From an uncultured Porphyromonadaceae bacterium (GTDB lineage: Bacteria; Bacteroidota; Bacteroidia; Bacteroidales; Muribaculaceae), in the NCBI GenBank assembly GCA_900550395.1, contig URSD01000010.1:2610-66609 (forward strand): a stretch of DNA of 64,000 nt, in the 5' to 3' direction. Below are positions 37,442 through 48,487 of this stretch, in pieces (positions within the stretch are counted from its first letter, which is position 1; the number at the start of each line of letters is the position of its first letter). Below the pieces are notes generated by a model. It worked only from the letters and a program-made list of their open reading frames with translations. It made no database searches and was not told the origin of the DNA. The position numbers and the translations under genes are program-made.

Positions 37442-38743
37442 TTAAGCTTGGGGTGCCGGCGCGGGAGTCTCCGGGGTGAGGTCAACGTCGATGCTGCCGC
37501 TGGAGTAGAGGCCGAGGCCGAAGTCGGCCATGGAGGCGACGACGTGCTCGATGACGGCACTCTTGATTGACTCGAATGCTACCCATGCGGCCGTGTCGGC
37601 GAAGCAGTAGACCTGAAGCACGTAGCCGTCGGTGGTGGGGTCGAGCTGGCGCACCATTATCATCTGGCTTTTGCTGATGTGGGCTGCGCCTTCGGAGAGA
37701 TAGGACGTCAGGTAGGCGCGGAACAGGCCGATGTTGGTCTCGGTGGTGCCGTTCACCACATAGTTTCCCGGCTCGCATATCCAGCCGTCGGCGGTGGCGG
37801 CCGCCCGGTCGGCGAAGGCCTTGATGGCAGGATACTTTGCCGAGAGGCGGGTGAGCACGTCGGCCGTAAGCGGCGCCACGGTGGAGCTGTCGACCGTGAA
37901 GCTCACCATTATGCGGCGTGCGCCGGTGTCCTGCATGGCGCGGTAGTTCTGGAATCCCTTGCTTACGAGCGTGTAAGGCGGCACCATCACCATCGTGTTG
38001 TCGAAGTTCTGTATCTTCACGGTGGAGAGGCTGACGTCGCGCACGATGCCGTTGGCCGGCGTGCCGGGCACGAGAATCCAGTCGCCCACGTGCACCATGT
38101 CGTTCTCGCTCATCTGCAATCCGGCCACGAAGCCCAGGATGCTGTCCTTGAATATCAGCATCAGGGCGGCGGCGAAAGCGCCCAGACCGGCGAGCAGCGT
38201 GGCCGGCGACTTGTCGAGCAGAATCGACACGGCAATGATGGCCGTGACTATCCACACTATGCCGAGAATCACGTTGAGGATTCCCCGTATGGGCAGGTGG
38301 CGGCGGTTGTGGCGGCTGTTGATCTGGTCGAAGACGAACGAGAGCACGGCGCCGAGGCCGTAGGCCGTGGCGACTACGGCATAGACGGCCGCGAGTCTGT
38401 CGACAATCATTATCAGCGTGCCTTCCTTCACGACGGCGAAGGGTACGAGTCCGAGGAAAACCAGCGGCGGGATGAAGTGGGAACACTTTTGGATGACGTG
38501 ATGCTTGAGGAGTCCGCGGCCCACGGCGCCGTCGCGCACGCGCACTATCTTGCGTACCACCCACACTATACACACACGCACGAGCCAGCCCACCGCCAGC
38601 GCCACTCCCATGATGACGGCCAGGTATATGGCTTCCTCGATGTCGGGCGCATGCTCCAGCCCGAGGAAGTCGAGAAAGTGGTCGATTTCGCGCAGAAGCC
38701 ACTCGGCGGCCTTGTGCGTGGGGATGACGGAATTGGCAAGCAT
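37442..38743 (-). CDS. MscS-family mechanosensitive channel (YbdG-like)
   Basis: LAGLGAFAAALMLIFKDSILGFVAG, GDWI, TVKIQNFDNT, TNIGLFRAY. Confidence 0.92.
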   Translation of the reverse strand: MLANSVIPTHKAAEWLLREIDHFLDFLGLEHAPDIEEAIYLAVIMGVALAVGWLVRVCIVWVVRKIVRVRDGAVGRGLLKHHVIQKCSHFIPPLVFLGLVPFAVVKEGTLIMIVDRLAAVYAVVATAYGLGAVLSFVFDQINSRHNRRHLPIRGILNVILGIVWIVTAIIAVSILLDKSPATLLAGLGAFAAALMLIFKDSILGFVAGLQMSENDMVHVGDWILVPGTPANGIVRDVSLSTVKIQNFDNTMVMVPPYTLVSKGFQNYRAMQDTGARRIMVSFTVDSSTVAPLTADVLTRLSAKYPAIKAFADRAAATADGWICEPGNYVVNGTTETNIGLFRAYLTSYLSEGAAHISKSQMIMVRQLDPTTDGYVLQVYCFADTAAWVAFESIKSAVIEHVVASMADFGLGLYSSGSIDVDLTPETPAPAPQA

Positions 38744-38845
38744 ATCAGGAATGAATGGTACGATACTGCAATTCTAACTCTCCGGCATGGCAAAAAGTTT
38801 GCGCCGGGCTATCAAAAGTACGGGCTAATTTGTTAATTTTGCAAT

Positions 38846-40066
38846 ATGAAAGAATTTGTAATCAGTCAGGAAAGTTCCGAACGTGCCGTGCTGGTGGGCC
38901 TCATCACCCCCGCGCAGCCGGAAGCCCGTGTGCTTGAATATCTTGATGAACTGGCCTTTCTGGCCGATACCGCCGGCGCAACGGAGGTGGCGCGGTTCAC
39001 GCAGAAACTCGACTATCCCAACCCGCGCACATTCGTGGGCAAGGGCAAGCTCGACGAAATAAAAGCCTACGTGGAGGCCAACGACGTGGGCCTCATCATA
39101 TTCGATGACGACCTGAGTACCAAGCAGGTGAGCAATATCGAGAAGGAACTGCAGATAAAGGTTCTGGACCGTTCGAGCCTCATTCTCGACATCTTCGCGC
39201 GCCGCGCGCAGACGGCCACGGCCCGCACGCAGGTGGAGCTGGCGCAGTACCAGTACCTGCTGCCGCGCCTCACGCGCCTATGGACCCATCTGGAGCGACA
39301 GCGCGGCGGTATAGGCATGCGCGGTCCCGGCGAGACGCAGATAGAGACCGACCGCCGTATCATCCTCGACAAGATAAGCCGCCTGAAGGAGGAACTCGCG
39401 GCCATCGACCGCCAGAAAAGCATACAGCGCAAGAACCGCGGCAAGCTTACGCGCGTGGCCCTGGTGGGCTATACCAACGTGGGTAAGAGCACGCTGATGA
39501 ACGTGCTGAGCAAGAGCGATGTATTCGCCGAGAACAAACTGTTCGCCACGCTCGACACCACCGTGCGCAAGGTCACGATAGAGAATCTTCCCTTCCTGCT
39601 CACCGACACCGTGGGCTTCATCCGCAAGCTGCCCTCGCACCTGGTGGAGTCGTTCAAGAGCACCCTCGACGAAGTGCGCGACGCCGACGTGCTGGTGCAC
39701 GTGGTGGACATCTCGCATCCCAGCTTCGAGGACCAGATAGAGGTCGTGAACCGCACCCTCCGCGAGATATGCGGCGCCGAGGACAAGCCTGTGATTATGG
39801 TATTCAACAAGGTGGACGCCTTCTCCCATGTTCCCAAGGACGAAGACGACCTCACGCCCGCCACGCGCGAGAATATTCCTCTGGAGGAGCTTGAGGCGTC
39901 GTGGATGGCGCGCCTCGGCGACAACTGCGTGTTCGTGTCGGCCCGCAACGGCATAAACATCGACGAGCTCAAGCGCAAGATCTACGACCGCGCCCGCGAG
40001 GTACACCTCAGCCGCTTCCCCTACAACGATTTCCTCTATCAGAAATACGACGAGGAGAGCGAATAA
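38846..40066 (+). CDS. hflX: GTPase HflX
   Basis: RGPGETQIETDRR, GYTNVGKST, LFATLDTT, DTVGFI, NKVD. Confidence 0.97.
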   Translation: MKEFVISQESSERAVLVGLITPAQPEARVLEYLDELAFLADTAGATEVARFTQKLDYPNPRTFVGKGKLDEIKAYVEANDVGLIIFDDDLSTKQVSNIEKELQIKVLDRSSLILDIFARRAQTATARTQVELAQYQYLLPRLTRLWTHLERQRGGIGMRGPGETQIETDRRIILDKISRLKEELAAIDRQKSIQRKNRGKLTRVALVGYTNVGKSTLMNVLSKSDVFAENKLFATLDTTVRKVTIENLPFLLTDTVGFIRKLPSHLVESFKSTLDEVRDADVLVHVVDISHPSFEDQIEVVNRTLREICGAEDKPVIMVFNKVDAFSHVPKDEDDLTPATRENIPLEELEASWMARLGDNCVFVSARNGINIDELKRKIYDRAREVHLSRFPYNDFLYQKYDEESE

Positions 40067-40253
40067 CGCCCCCTCTCCGGTCTATCTCCCTCTCAACTGT
40101 CAAATACGTGGTGACAGCGATGCGGCCAACATCGCTCCTATGATTGTATGCATATTTTACAAATTGCGCATAGAACACCATCTTATGGGTGTTTAATGAT
40201 TATTAACATTTATGTGCTTTATTACCGCACATATCTGATATTACTTTTGCTAC

Positions 40254-41198
40254 ATGAAAAACGAAAAGATAAAACTTGCTTTAAAAAATGGTGACATAGT
40301 GGAGGCTCGGACGCCTTTGATTATATCCGCCAGCCGTGCTACTGATATTCCTGCATTCTATAGTCAGTGGTTTTTCAATAGGCTCAACGATGGATATATA
40401 AAATGGCGCAATCCCTACAATGGAATTGATTCTTACATATCTTTTTCCAAAACAAAGTTCATCGTTTTCTGGTCTAAGAACCCCAGACCGCTTTTACCCT
40501 TGCTCCCGGTACTAAAACGGCGCGGTATTGGATGCTATATTCAATACACTTTAAATGATTACACAGGAGATTGTTTAGAACCGGGTATTCCACCCATAGC
40601 TGAAAGACTTGAAACATTCAAGCTACTTGTTGATGAATTAGGTCCGGGAGCCGTGGTGTGGCGTTTCGATCCTCTGATTTTGACTGAAACCATTTCTTCT
40701 GATTCTCTTTTGAATAAAATTCAGAACATCGCAAAACAACTCTGTGGGTACACAGAGAAACTCGTTTTCAGCTTCGCCGACATCTCAACTTACAGAAAAG
40801 TTGGACGCAACCTTTTGGAATCCGGAATGCATTATCGCGAATGGACTGAAGAAGAAATGATTGATTTCGCCCATAAACTTTCTGATCTGAACCTCGGTTT
40901 GGATCTCGCAACATGCGCAGAAAGCGTGGATTTATCGCAATTTAAAATAAGCCATAATCGCTGCATAGATCCTGATTTAATTTGTCGCCTGAATCCGGAA
41001 TTATTGCCGGCCGTCTCCGTTCTAAAAACTGACAAAGGTCAACGAAATCTATGCGGCTGTATAAAATCCAAAGATATCGGGACATATAACACCTGCCCTC
41101 ACGGCTGCGTCTACTGCTATGCTAATGTCAGCCCCAGTTCGGCCCGACAAAACTTCATGAAACACCAACAGAACCCAAATAAGGACTCAATTCTATGA
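40254..41198 (+). CDS. DUF1848 family protein (radical-SAM/SPL-like), AT-rich
   Basis: IISASRATDIPAFY, VFWSKNP, VWRFDP, CGCIKSKDIGTYNTCPHGCVYCYAN. Confidence 0.9.
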   Translation: MKNEKIKLALKNGDIVEARTPLIISASRATDIPAFYSQWFFNRLNDGYIKWRNPYNGIDSYISFSKTKFIVFWSKNPRPLLPLLPVLKRRGIGCYIQYTLNDYTGDCLEPGIPPIAERLETFKLLVDELGPGAVVWRFDPLILTETISSDSLLNKIQNIAKQLCGYTEKLVFSFADISTYRKVGRNLLESGMHYREWTEEEMIDFAHKLSDLNLGLDLATCAESVDLSQFKISHNRCIDPDLICRLNPELLPAVSVLKTDKGQRNLCGCIKSKDIGTYNTCPHGCVYCYANVSPSSARQNFMKHQQNPNKDSIL

Positions 41199-41226
41199 GC
41201 AATATACCCATCAGCGCAGTAGAATT

Positions 41227-44200
41227 CTAATACGCGGTGACAGCGAGGCGGCGCGAGGCGGTGCTGTGCGTCTCTCCGTCGACGCTGATGGTGGCGCGGT
41301 AGACGTAGATGCCGCGCGGCACGCGTCGGCCGGTGCCGTCGCAGAGGTTCCACTGGATGGGCGTGGTGGTGAACATGTCGCTGCGTCCGCGTTCGGTACG
41401 CGTCCACACGGGATTGCCCAGCATGTTGTAGACGGAAACTGTTACGGTGACGGTGGCGTCAGGTGCGTCATGCGTGATGTAGAAGCCGGCGGTGGTGCGT
41501 GCCGGATTGGCGTCGCAGTAAAGGTCGAAAATCTGCGGGGCTATGTCGGCCTTGGCGAAGAACTCGATGCTCTGCTCGGCGGGGTTGCCCGAGGTGTCCC
41601 ATACGCGCAGGCGCAGGGTGTGCAGGCCTTCCGCCACGTCGGGCATGGGATAGTTGATGGTGCCTCCGGGGGTGCCGTCGGCGTGCGGACGGTAGTACAG
41701 GGCCACGTCGCTGTAGGTGACGGTGCTGTCCATCATCAGCGTGATCTGGCGTCCGATGCCGGCCGAGGAGATGTTGATGCCGACATCGTCGCTTACGGAT
41801 GCGAGCACCATAGGCGTGTGTGTGCTGACGGCATCGCCGCTGCTGAAGCCCGAGTGGTTGAGCTGGAAGCGGTCGATGGACGGCGGGGTGGTGTCGGGCA
41901 CGCCGGTCTCGTCGACGCCGTAGGCGTAGAGGTCGCGGCTGACGCCTATGGCCTCGCGTGTGCCGGCTCCGTCCTCGCAGGCGTACATGTTGAGGGTGGC
42001 GGGGCGGAAGTTGTCGGCGATGTTGGCCGGCATGGCAAGGGTGGCGGTGAAGCGTCCCGCGCTGACGGGCGCGCTGACCGAGAGCAGCTTGGCGCCCTGG
42101 GTGTCGAAGGTGTATATGTCGCCCTCGTTGTTGCCGGCGGTGGTGAGTGAGCGCTCGGCGTCGTAGAGCTCGATGGTGGCCGTGCCGCTGAAGTCGGCCA
42201 GCAGATTGCCCGACGGGTCCTCGACGTGGCCACTTACTCGTGCGCGCTGCAGGGCGGCGAGTGTGGGCTGGTCGTCGGGATTGAACGGCGTGCCGTCGAT
42301 GCTGTCTACGCGCACGAGATTGCTCGGCGTGACGAGTTTCAGGGCCGGGTCGCCGCAGAAGACGTAGCGCAGGCGGTTCTTGTCGTCGGCAATTGGGGCT
42401 GTCTGGCCCCGGCGGATGTCGTTCTTGGCGCGGCGGTAGACGTCGCCGGCGCGCAAGAAGCGTCCTGAAGCGTCGCGGACGCCTATGGCGCGCCCCATGG
42501 CGTTGGTGAAGTAGCCGTTGTCGGTGATGTAGACGGGGCGTGTGGCGCTGATGATGCCTATGCATCCGCCGTTGCGTTCGGCCCACATCATTTCGCCGCC
42601 GCTGGTTTCGGCGGCGTCCCAGCGCAGGAAGTTGCACGTGGCGGCGTAGATGAACGGCAGATTGCGCAGGTAGAGGTTGTTGATGTCGGAGAACGTGAGC
42701 ATGCCCTCGCCGGTCCAGGAGTGGTTGGTGGCGTGGCCTATGTAGTTCCACCACACGGCGCCCTCGTCGAGGCGGCGGTACATCTCGTCGCGCGCGCTCT
42801 GGTAGATGCCGTTGACAAGCGGATATGCGTCGGTGAATATCTTGCTCACGATGTGCTGCTGGCCCGGGGTCTCCATCAGGTAGTGGCAGAGGCTGTCGGC
42901 CTGCTTGATGTGTATCTCGTTGTCGCCGTCGTCGGCCAGCACTACCACTGCGTTTTTCCAGGGAGTGCGGCTTGATTTGTCGACGTACTGCTTCAGCTTG
43001 TCGACGACGGTGGCCGCCTCGCGTGCGGAGGATACGGGCATGCGGCCCACGGCGACGGATATGCGGTCGAGGCCGGTGTCGACGCCGCTGCCGTCCTCAA
43101 GCATGGCGATGAAGTCGTCGGTGCAGTAGCCGAAGGAGTCGTGCAGGCTCTCGGAGTCGTTGCGGTTGACCCACGCCGGCATCAGCGGCCCGGTGTAGGA
43201 TTTCAGGTCGGCCGTGAGGCGGCGGTTGTCGTAGGTGGCGCGTCCCATCAGCAGCACGTAGCCGAGGCGGTGGGCCGCGGCGGGGTTCTGCGCGTCGCGG
43301 TCGTAGAGCATCTTGAGGTACTTGCGCAGGGCCGAGACGTCAGCCGCGCCGCTGCCGAACTCGTTGTAGACGTCGTCGACGTTCACCACTGCCACGCGCA
43401 GGGAGTCGGACTCGCTGCGGTGGATGTCGGCTATGCGCTCCGATGCGTCGCGTGTCGCCGCGGTGGTGAATATCACCATGTCGTAGCCGCTGTGGGCGTG
43501 CAGGTCGGAGTTTGCCACGGAGCCGACATAGGTCGGGGCCGGCAGCGAGGCTTCGGAACGGAATGCCACGTAGTGGCGCGTGCCGGTGTAGTCGTTGGTC
43601 CAGACGGCGGAGCTGCCCTCGGCGGCGCTGCTCATGGACCGGATGTCGAGAGGGTCGGTGACGTCCCAGATGCTGACGCCATCGGCAGCGCCTCCTTCAA
43701 GGCTCAGGCGCGACGAGGCGGAACGGAAGGCGAGCACGCCGGCGGCCGGCATAGCCAGACGGCGGGTGTAGTTGATCGTCAGATAGTTGAGCCAGGCGTT
43801 GTAGACGGCCGACGACGGCGACGCGTGGCTCACATATACATTGAGGCGATCGGCTGCGTCGTCGAGTGTGAAAGTGTGGCGCGCCACTGTCATCATGGCA
43901 TGCTGGTAGCTGGATGTCGACATCGTGGGTACTGAGCTGGAACTGTTGCGCGGCAACTCAAGGCCGTTGACGGCGAGGTCGACATACGACTGGGCCGAGG
44001 GGGTCACGGCCACGAAGCTGCATGCCAGCCACAGAGGCTCTGTCTGGACGCGCTGCGGGGCGTCGAAGTTGAATGTGCGCCGCGGCGTCATGCGGAAATC
44101 CTCACCCACGAGCATGGGGCCGGCCTCGCCCGGCGACAGGCGGTCGACCTCATGGTGCAGCACTTCGGTGAAGGTGGTGGCCGGCGAGGATGCTCCCGGC

Positions 44201-44643
44201 GTGCCGCCCTGCTCTATGGCGCGCGCGGCGGCGCCGTTATCGGTCAGGAAGTAGTAGCCGGCGGTGGTGTAGGGGCTGGAGGTGACGGTGTAGCCGCCGT
44301 TGGCGTAGGTGAGCTCGTCGGGGCCTATGGCATAGAACGTTATGCCTCGGGCCGAGGTCTCGGTCTGCACCAGGGGCAGGTCGTCGATGTAGTTGGCGGC
44401 GGTGAGTGCGTCGGGGACGCGTCGGCCGCCGTAGCCGTAGACACGCACGCTCTCCGGCGAAGTGAAGCCCCAGCCGCGCAGCTGCGCCGGAGTGATGCGG
44501 TAGAGTCCGGTGGACGGGACGGATATTTTCACCCAGCGTCCCTCGGCGAGCACGGAGTGCGGTGCGTAGGTGTCGGCGGGCAGCGCCGTCAGGGTGATGA
44601 CGGAGCAGAGCAGGCTTATGAGGAGAGTATATATTCGGGTCAT
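41227..44643 (-). CDS. porU: Type IX secretion sortase PorU (C25 peptidase)
   Basis: SVLAEGRWVKI, VYNEFGSG..D..A, TDDF, VGRMPV, YIGH and ATC catalytic pair, CTD tail; start MTRIY at 44643. Confidence 0.92.
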   Translation of the reverse strand: MTRIYTLLISLLCSVITLTALPADTYAPHSVLAEGRWVKISVPSTGLYRITPAQLRGWGFTSPESVRVYGYGGRRVPDALTAANYIDDLPLVQTETSARGITFYAIGPDELTYANGGYTVTSSPYTTAGYYFLTDNGAAARAIEQGGTPGASSPATTFTEVLHHEVDRLSPGEAGPMLVGEDFRMTPRRTFNFDAPQRVQTEPLWLACSFVAVTPSAQSYVDLAVNGLELPRNSSSSVPTMSTSSYQHAMMTVARHTFTLDDAADRLNVYVSHASPSSAVYNAWLNYLTINYTRRLAMPAAGVLAFRSASSRLSLEGGAADGVSIWDVTDPLDIRSMSSAAEGSSAVWTNDYTGTRHYVAFRSEASLPAPTYVGSVANSDLHAHSGYDMVIFTTAATRDASERIADIHRSESDSLRVAVVNVDDVYNEFGSGAADVSALRKYLKMLYDRDAQNPAAAHRLGYVLLMGRATYDNRRLTADLKSYTGPLMPAWVNRNDSESLHDSFGYCTDDFIAMLEDGSGVDTGLDRISVAVGRMPVSSAREAATVVDKLKQYVDKSSRTPWKNAVVVLADDGDNEIHIKQADSLCHYLMETPGQQHIVSKIFTDAYPLVNGIYQSARDEMYRRLDEGAVWWNYIGHATNHSWTGEGMLTFSDINNLYLRNLPFIYAATCNFLRWDAAETSGGEMMWAERNGGCIGIISATRPVYITDNGYFTNAMGRAIGVRDASGRFLRAGDVYRRAKNDIRRGQTAPIADDKNRLRYVFCGDPALKLVTPSNLVRVDSIDGTPFNPDDQPTLAALQRARVSGHVEDPSGNLLADFSGTATIELYDAERSLTTAGNNEGDIYTFDTQGAKLLSVSAPVSAGRFTATLAMPANIADNFRPATLNMYACEDGAGTREAIGVSRDLYAYGVDETGVPDTTPPSIDRFQLNHSGFSSGDAVSTHTPMVLASVSDDVGINISSAGIGRQITLMMDSTVTYSDVALYYRPHADGTPGGTINYPMPDVAEGLHTLRLRVWDTSGNPAEQSIEFFAKADIAPQIFDLYCDANPARTTAGFYITHDAPDATVTVTVSVYNMLGNPVWTRTERGRSDMFTTTPIQWNLCDGTGRRVPRGIYVYRATISVDGETHSTASRRLAVTAY

Positions 44644-44690
44644 TGCGTGTACGGAACAAGTTAAATAATATAACGCGCGCGATGTGCGGT

Positions 44691-46589
44691 TTATTGTGTT
44701 GCAGGCCTGACGATGTTGCCGTCGAGGCGCAGGGTGCCGTCGTCGAGCATGGAGCGCAGGGCGTCGGCGGCTCGGTCGGGACGGGAGGGGCATAGCTCCG
44801 GCAGGTCGCCGACGGCGAGGCCTCCGGGCGCGGCGGCGCGTCCGGCTATGGCGCGGCGCAGGTCGGTGTCGGCGCAGGTCGGCGCCGCGGCCCGTTCGCG
44901 GCAGAGGTCGCATTTGCCGCATGGCTCGCCGGGCTGCTGGCCGAAGTATTCCAGCATGATTCCGGTGCGGCAGCCTTGCGTGGCCGAGGCGAAGCGGAGC
45001 ATCTGCTCGGTGCGGTGCTCGGCGCGCTCGCGGCGCAGGTCGTAGACTTCGGGCGAGAGCTGCACGTGGCGCGTCTCGATGCGGGCGTAGGGGAAGTAGA
45101 CGTAGGGCGTTAGGCGCCGCGGCACGTAGTGCAGCACGTGCATGCGGCTCAGGGCGAGCATGGTGTCGTAGAAGGTGGTCTGCGACACGCCGGCCGCGGC
45201 TGCCAGACGCCCCTCGTCGATGCCCACATAGTCGGCGAATATGCCGGGGCAGTTGCGCAGAAGCACCATCAGCACGGCTTCCTGCACCGGCTCGAGCCGC
45301 AGGTCGTAGAACTCGTCGCGGCGCATCGTGGCAATCACACGTGCCTGCATGGCCTGCTCGTCGCTGTACTCGATGTAGCCGGCGCGACTCAGCAGGGCGA
45401 GGGCGTTGTGGGTCTGGCGCACGGGCAGCCGGCGGCGGTTGCAGAAGTCCCGGAGGTCAAGGTCGTAGACGCCCTCGAAGCCGCCGCCCACGCTGATGTC
45501 GAGGCTGACGCACAGTTCCTCGTAGATGCGCGCCACGAACTCCTTGGGCGGGAACTGCTCGCTGATGCGCCGGCGCAGCACGCCGTTGTCGGCGGGGGCA
45601 TAGAGCAGCACGGCGTAGGCCGGCGCTCCGTCGCGCCCCGCGCGTCCGGCTTCCTGGTAGTATTCCTCGAGGGTGGACGGCAGGTCGAAGTGCACCACCA
45701 GGCGCACGTCGGGTTTGTCGATGCCCATCCCGAAAGCGTTGGTCGCCACCATCACGCGCACGGCGCCCGTGCGCCATGCGTCCTGATTGGCCGTCTTCGT
45801 CATGGGGTCGAGTCCGGCATGGTAGGGCGCGGCGTCGATGCCCTCGCGCCGCAGCGTGGCGGCGAGCTCGACCGAGCGCTGCCGAGAGCGCACGTAGACG
45901 ATGGCGCAGCCCGATGTGTGGCTCAGCACGTGCAGCAGCATCTGCTCCTTGTGGGGCGTGCGGCGCACTATGAAGCTGAGGTTGGGGCGCGCGAAGCTGA
46001 GGGCGTGCAGGCGCGGGGAGCGCATGCCCAACTTGTCGGCGATGTCGGCCACCACGTCGGGCGTGGCCGAGGCCGTGAGCGCGAGCATGGGCGCATCCGG
46101 GAAAAGGGGACGCAGCTCGGCTATGTGCAGGTAGGAGGGACGGAAGTCGTAGCCCCACTGCGAGATGCAGTGCGCCTCGTCCACGACGATAAGGCTTACG
46201 TCCCACGAGCGCAGCTCCTGGAGGAAAGGCTTGCGGCGCAGCTTCTCGGGCGCCACGTACACTATGCGCGCGCGACCCAGGCGGGCGCTGTCGGCGGCGT
46301 AGCGCGCCTCGCGGCGGGTAAGGCCGGAGTGGAGGCATGCGGCGCGTATGCCGCGTGCCGCGAGATTGTCGGCCTGGTCCTTCATCAGCGACACCAGGGG
46401 CGTCACCACGAGCGTGACGCCGGGCAGCATCATGGCCGGCACCTGGAAGGTGATGCTCTTGCCGCCGCCGGTGGGCAGCAGCCCGGTGACGTCGTGGCCG
46501 GCGAGTATGTCGGTCACGATTTCGCGCTGGCACGGACGGAAGCTGTCGTAGCCCCAGTAGCGTCGGAGTATGTCCTCCGGGGTGTCCAT
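44691..46589 (-). CDS. recQ: ATP-dependent DNA helicase RecQ family
   Basis: PTGGGKS, VDEAHCISQWGYDFRPSY, ATNAFGMGIDK, YYQEAGRAGRDG, CGKCDLC. Confidence 0.95.
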   Translation of the reverse strand: MDTPEDILRRYWGYDSFRPCQREIVTDILAGHDVTGLLPTGGGKSITFQVPAMMLPGVTLVVTPLVSLMKDQADNLAARGIRAACLHSGLTRREARYAADSARLGRARIVYVAPEKLRRKPFLQELRSWDVSLIVVDEAHCISQWGYDFRPSYLHIAELRPLFPDAPMLALTASATPDVVADIADKLGMRSPRLHALSFARPNLSFIVRRTPHKEQMLLHVLSHTSGCAIVYVRSRQRSVELAATLRREGIDAAPYHAGLDPMTKTANQDAWRTGAVRVMVATNAFGMGIDKPDVRLVVHFDLPSTLEEYYQEAGRAGRDGAPAYAVLLYAPADNGVLRRRISEQFPPKEFVARIYEELCVSLDISVGGGFEGVYDLDLRDFCNRRRLPVRQTHNALALLSRAGYIEYSDEQAMQARVIATMRRDEFYDLRLEPVQEAVLMVLLRNCPGIFADYVGIDEGRLAAAAGVSQTTFYDTMLALSRMHVLHYVPRRLTPYVYFPYARIETRHVQLSPEVYDLRRERAEHRTEQMLRFASATQGCRTGIMLEYFGQQPGEPCGKCDLCRERAAAPTCADTDLRRAIAGRAAAPGGLAVGDLPELCPSRPDRAADALRSMLDDGTLRLDGNIVRPATQ

Positions 46590-46596
46590 CGGGGTG

Positions 46597-48324
46597 TTAC
46601 ACCTGTGTGTTGATCTGCTTGACGAGCAGCTGGAGCGACGAGGTGGCGTTGCGGTGCTTGTTCTCCTCGATGGTGTAGCAGATGTTGAATGGCGCGCCGG
46701 AGCTGATGTGCTTGAAGTACGGCGCCATGTTGAAGGCTATGCCGTTGATTACCTTGCCGCTTGTGTCGTCCACGAGCTCAAGCTTTATGTGCTCCAGGTT
46801 CTTGCCCACGAGCTTGCTGGTGCCGAAGTCCTTAACGCGCATGGTGCAGAAGGTGGGCTTCTGGTTGCCGGGGCCGAAGGGGTTGAACAGGCGCAGCGTC
46901 GACACGAATTCCGGCGTTATCTGCGAGAAGTTGATTATCGCGTCGATGTTGACCTGCGGAGTGAGCTGCTCAGGCAGGATGTTGGCCGCCACGTACTGCT
47001 CGAAGCGGCGCGCGAACTCGTCGATGTTCTCCACCTTCATCGACAGGCCCACGGCGTAGGCGTGGCCGCCGAAGTTCTCCAGGAGGTCGCGCACGGAGTC
47101 GACGGCCTTGTAGACGTCGAATCCCTGCACGGAGCGCGACGAGCCGGTGGCGAGCCCGTTGGCGAGGGTCAGCACCACGGCCGGCTTGTAGTACAGCTCG
47201 GTCAGGCGGGAGGCCACGATGCCTATGATGCCCTTGTGCCAGCTCTTGTTGTAGATGACGATGGAGCGCTTGGGCGAGTACATCTCGCCGCGCGACTCGA
47301 GTATGGAGTTGGCCTCCTCGGTGATCTGCTTGTCCAGCTCCTTGCGGTCCTTGTTGTACTGGTCGATGGCGAGAGCGAGCTCGGCGGCGTCCTTGGCGTT
47401 GCGGGCGGTGAGGAGCTCCACGGCCTCGCGGCCGCTCTGCATCCGGCCCGAGGCGTTGATGCGCGGTCCTATCTTGAAGATGACGTCGCTGATGGTGATT
47501 TCCTTGCCGCCGAGGCCGCAGGTGCGGATGATGGCGCGCAGGCCCATGTTGGGGTTGCTGTTGAGGCGCTTGAGGCCGGCGTATGCCATGACGCGGTTCT
47601 CGTCGACCATGGGCACGATGTCGGCGGCGATGCTGACGGCCACCAGGTCGAGCATGGCCTCGAGCTCGGCGGTGCCTATGCCGTTGCTGATGCTGAAGGC
47701 CTGCATGAACTTGTAGCCTACGCCGCATCCGCTGAGGTGGGGGCAGGGGTAGGTGGAGCCTTCCAGCTTGGGGTTGAGGATGGCGGCGGCCGGCGGCAGC
47801 TCCTCGTCGGGCACGTGGTGGTCGCAGATGATGAAGTCGATGCCCAGCTCCTTGGCGTAGGCTATCTCCTCGTTGGCCTTGATGCCGCAGTCGAGGATGA
47901 TGATAAGCTTCACGCCCTGCTCGGCGGCCAGGTCGATGGTGGGCTTGGAGATGCCGTAGCCCTCGTCGTAGCGCGTGGGGATGTAGTAGTCTATCTCGGA
48001 GTAGTAGTTCTGCAGGTAGCGGTACACGAGCGCCACGGCCGTCGTGCCGTCCACGTCGTAGTCTCCGTAGACCATTATTCGTTCTTTGGCCCCCATCGCT
48101 CTGTTGAGCCTGTCTACAGCCTTGTCCATGTCGGGCATGAGGAAGGGGTCGTGGAGGTCGCGCAGCGAAGGATGGAAAAATTTCTCAGCTTCGGCAACCG
48201 AACGAATGCCTCGCTGCACCAGCAGTTCGCTTACCGGCGAGACGGCGGCAAACCTTCGTGCGAGCTCTGCCTCGAGCTTCTGTTCTTCTGTAGTCAGGGG
48301 CAAGTAATTCCATTTACTTGTCAT
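46597..48324 (-). CDS. recJ: Single-stranded-DNA exonuclease RecJ
   Basis: YGDYDVDG, DHH, PRINASGR, FGGHAYAVG, PFGPGN. Confidence 0.97.
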   Translation of the reverse strand: MTSKWNYLPLTTEEQKLEAELARRFAAVSPVSELLVQRGIRSVAEAEKFFHPSLRDLHDPFLMPDMDKAVDRLNRAMGAKERIMVYGDYDVDGTTAVALVYRYLQNYYSEIDYYIPTRYDEGYGISKPTIDLAAEQGVKLIIILDCGIKANEEIAYAKELGIDFIICDHHVPDEELPPAAAILNPKLEGSTYPCPHLSGCGVGYKFMQAFSISNGIGTAELEAMLDLVAVSIAADIVPMVDENRVMAYAGLKRLNSNPNMGLRAIIRTCGLGGKEITISDVIFKIGPRINASGRMQSGREAVELLTARNAKDAAELALAIDQYNKDRKELDKQITEEANSILESRGEMYSPKRSIVIYNKSWHKGIIGIVASRLTELYYKPAVVLTLANGLATGSSRSVQGFDVYKAVDSVRDLLENFGGHAYAVGLSMKVENIDEFARRFEQYVAANILPEQLTPQVNIDAIINFSQITPEFVSTLRLFNPFGPGNQKPTFCTMRVKDFGTSKLVGKNLEHIKLELVDDTSGKVINGIAFNMAPYFKHISSGAPFNICYTIEENKHRNATSSLQLLVKQINTQV

Positions 48325-48456
48325 TTATGTAGTGCTTATATTTGCAACCTGATAGTGCGGGCGAAGCGCACTGCGCGTACCCTCCGCATTCTGATGCAAA
48401 AATACGATTTTTTCATGATAACAGCCGGTGCGTTAATGAATATTAACGAAATGTGG

Positions 48457-48487
48457 GTTGATAGTTGATAGGGGATAGGTAAGAGGG
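48457..48487 (+). repeat. Dispersed ~30-bp repeat copy upstream of Fic gene
   Basis: GTTGATAGTTGATAGGGGATAGGTAAGAGGG. Confidence 0.7.
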
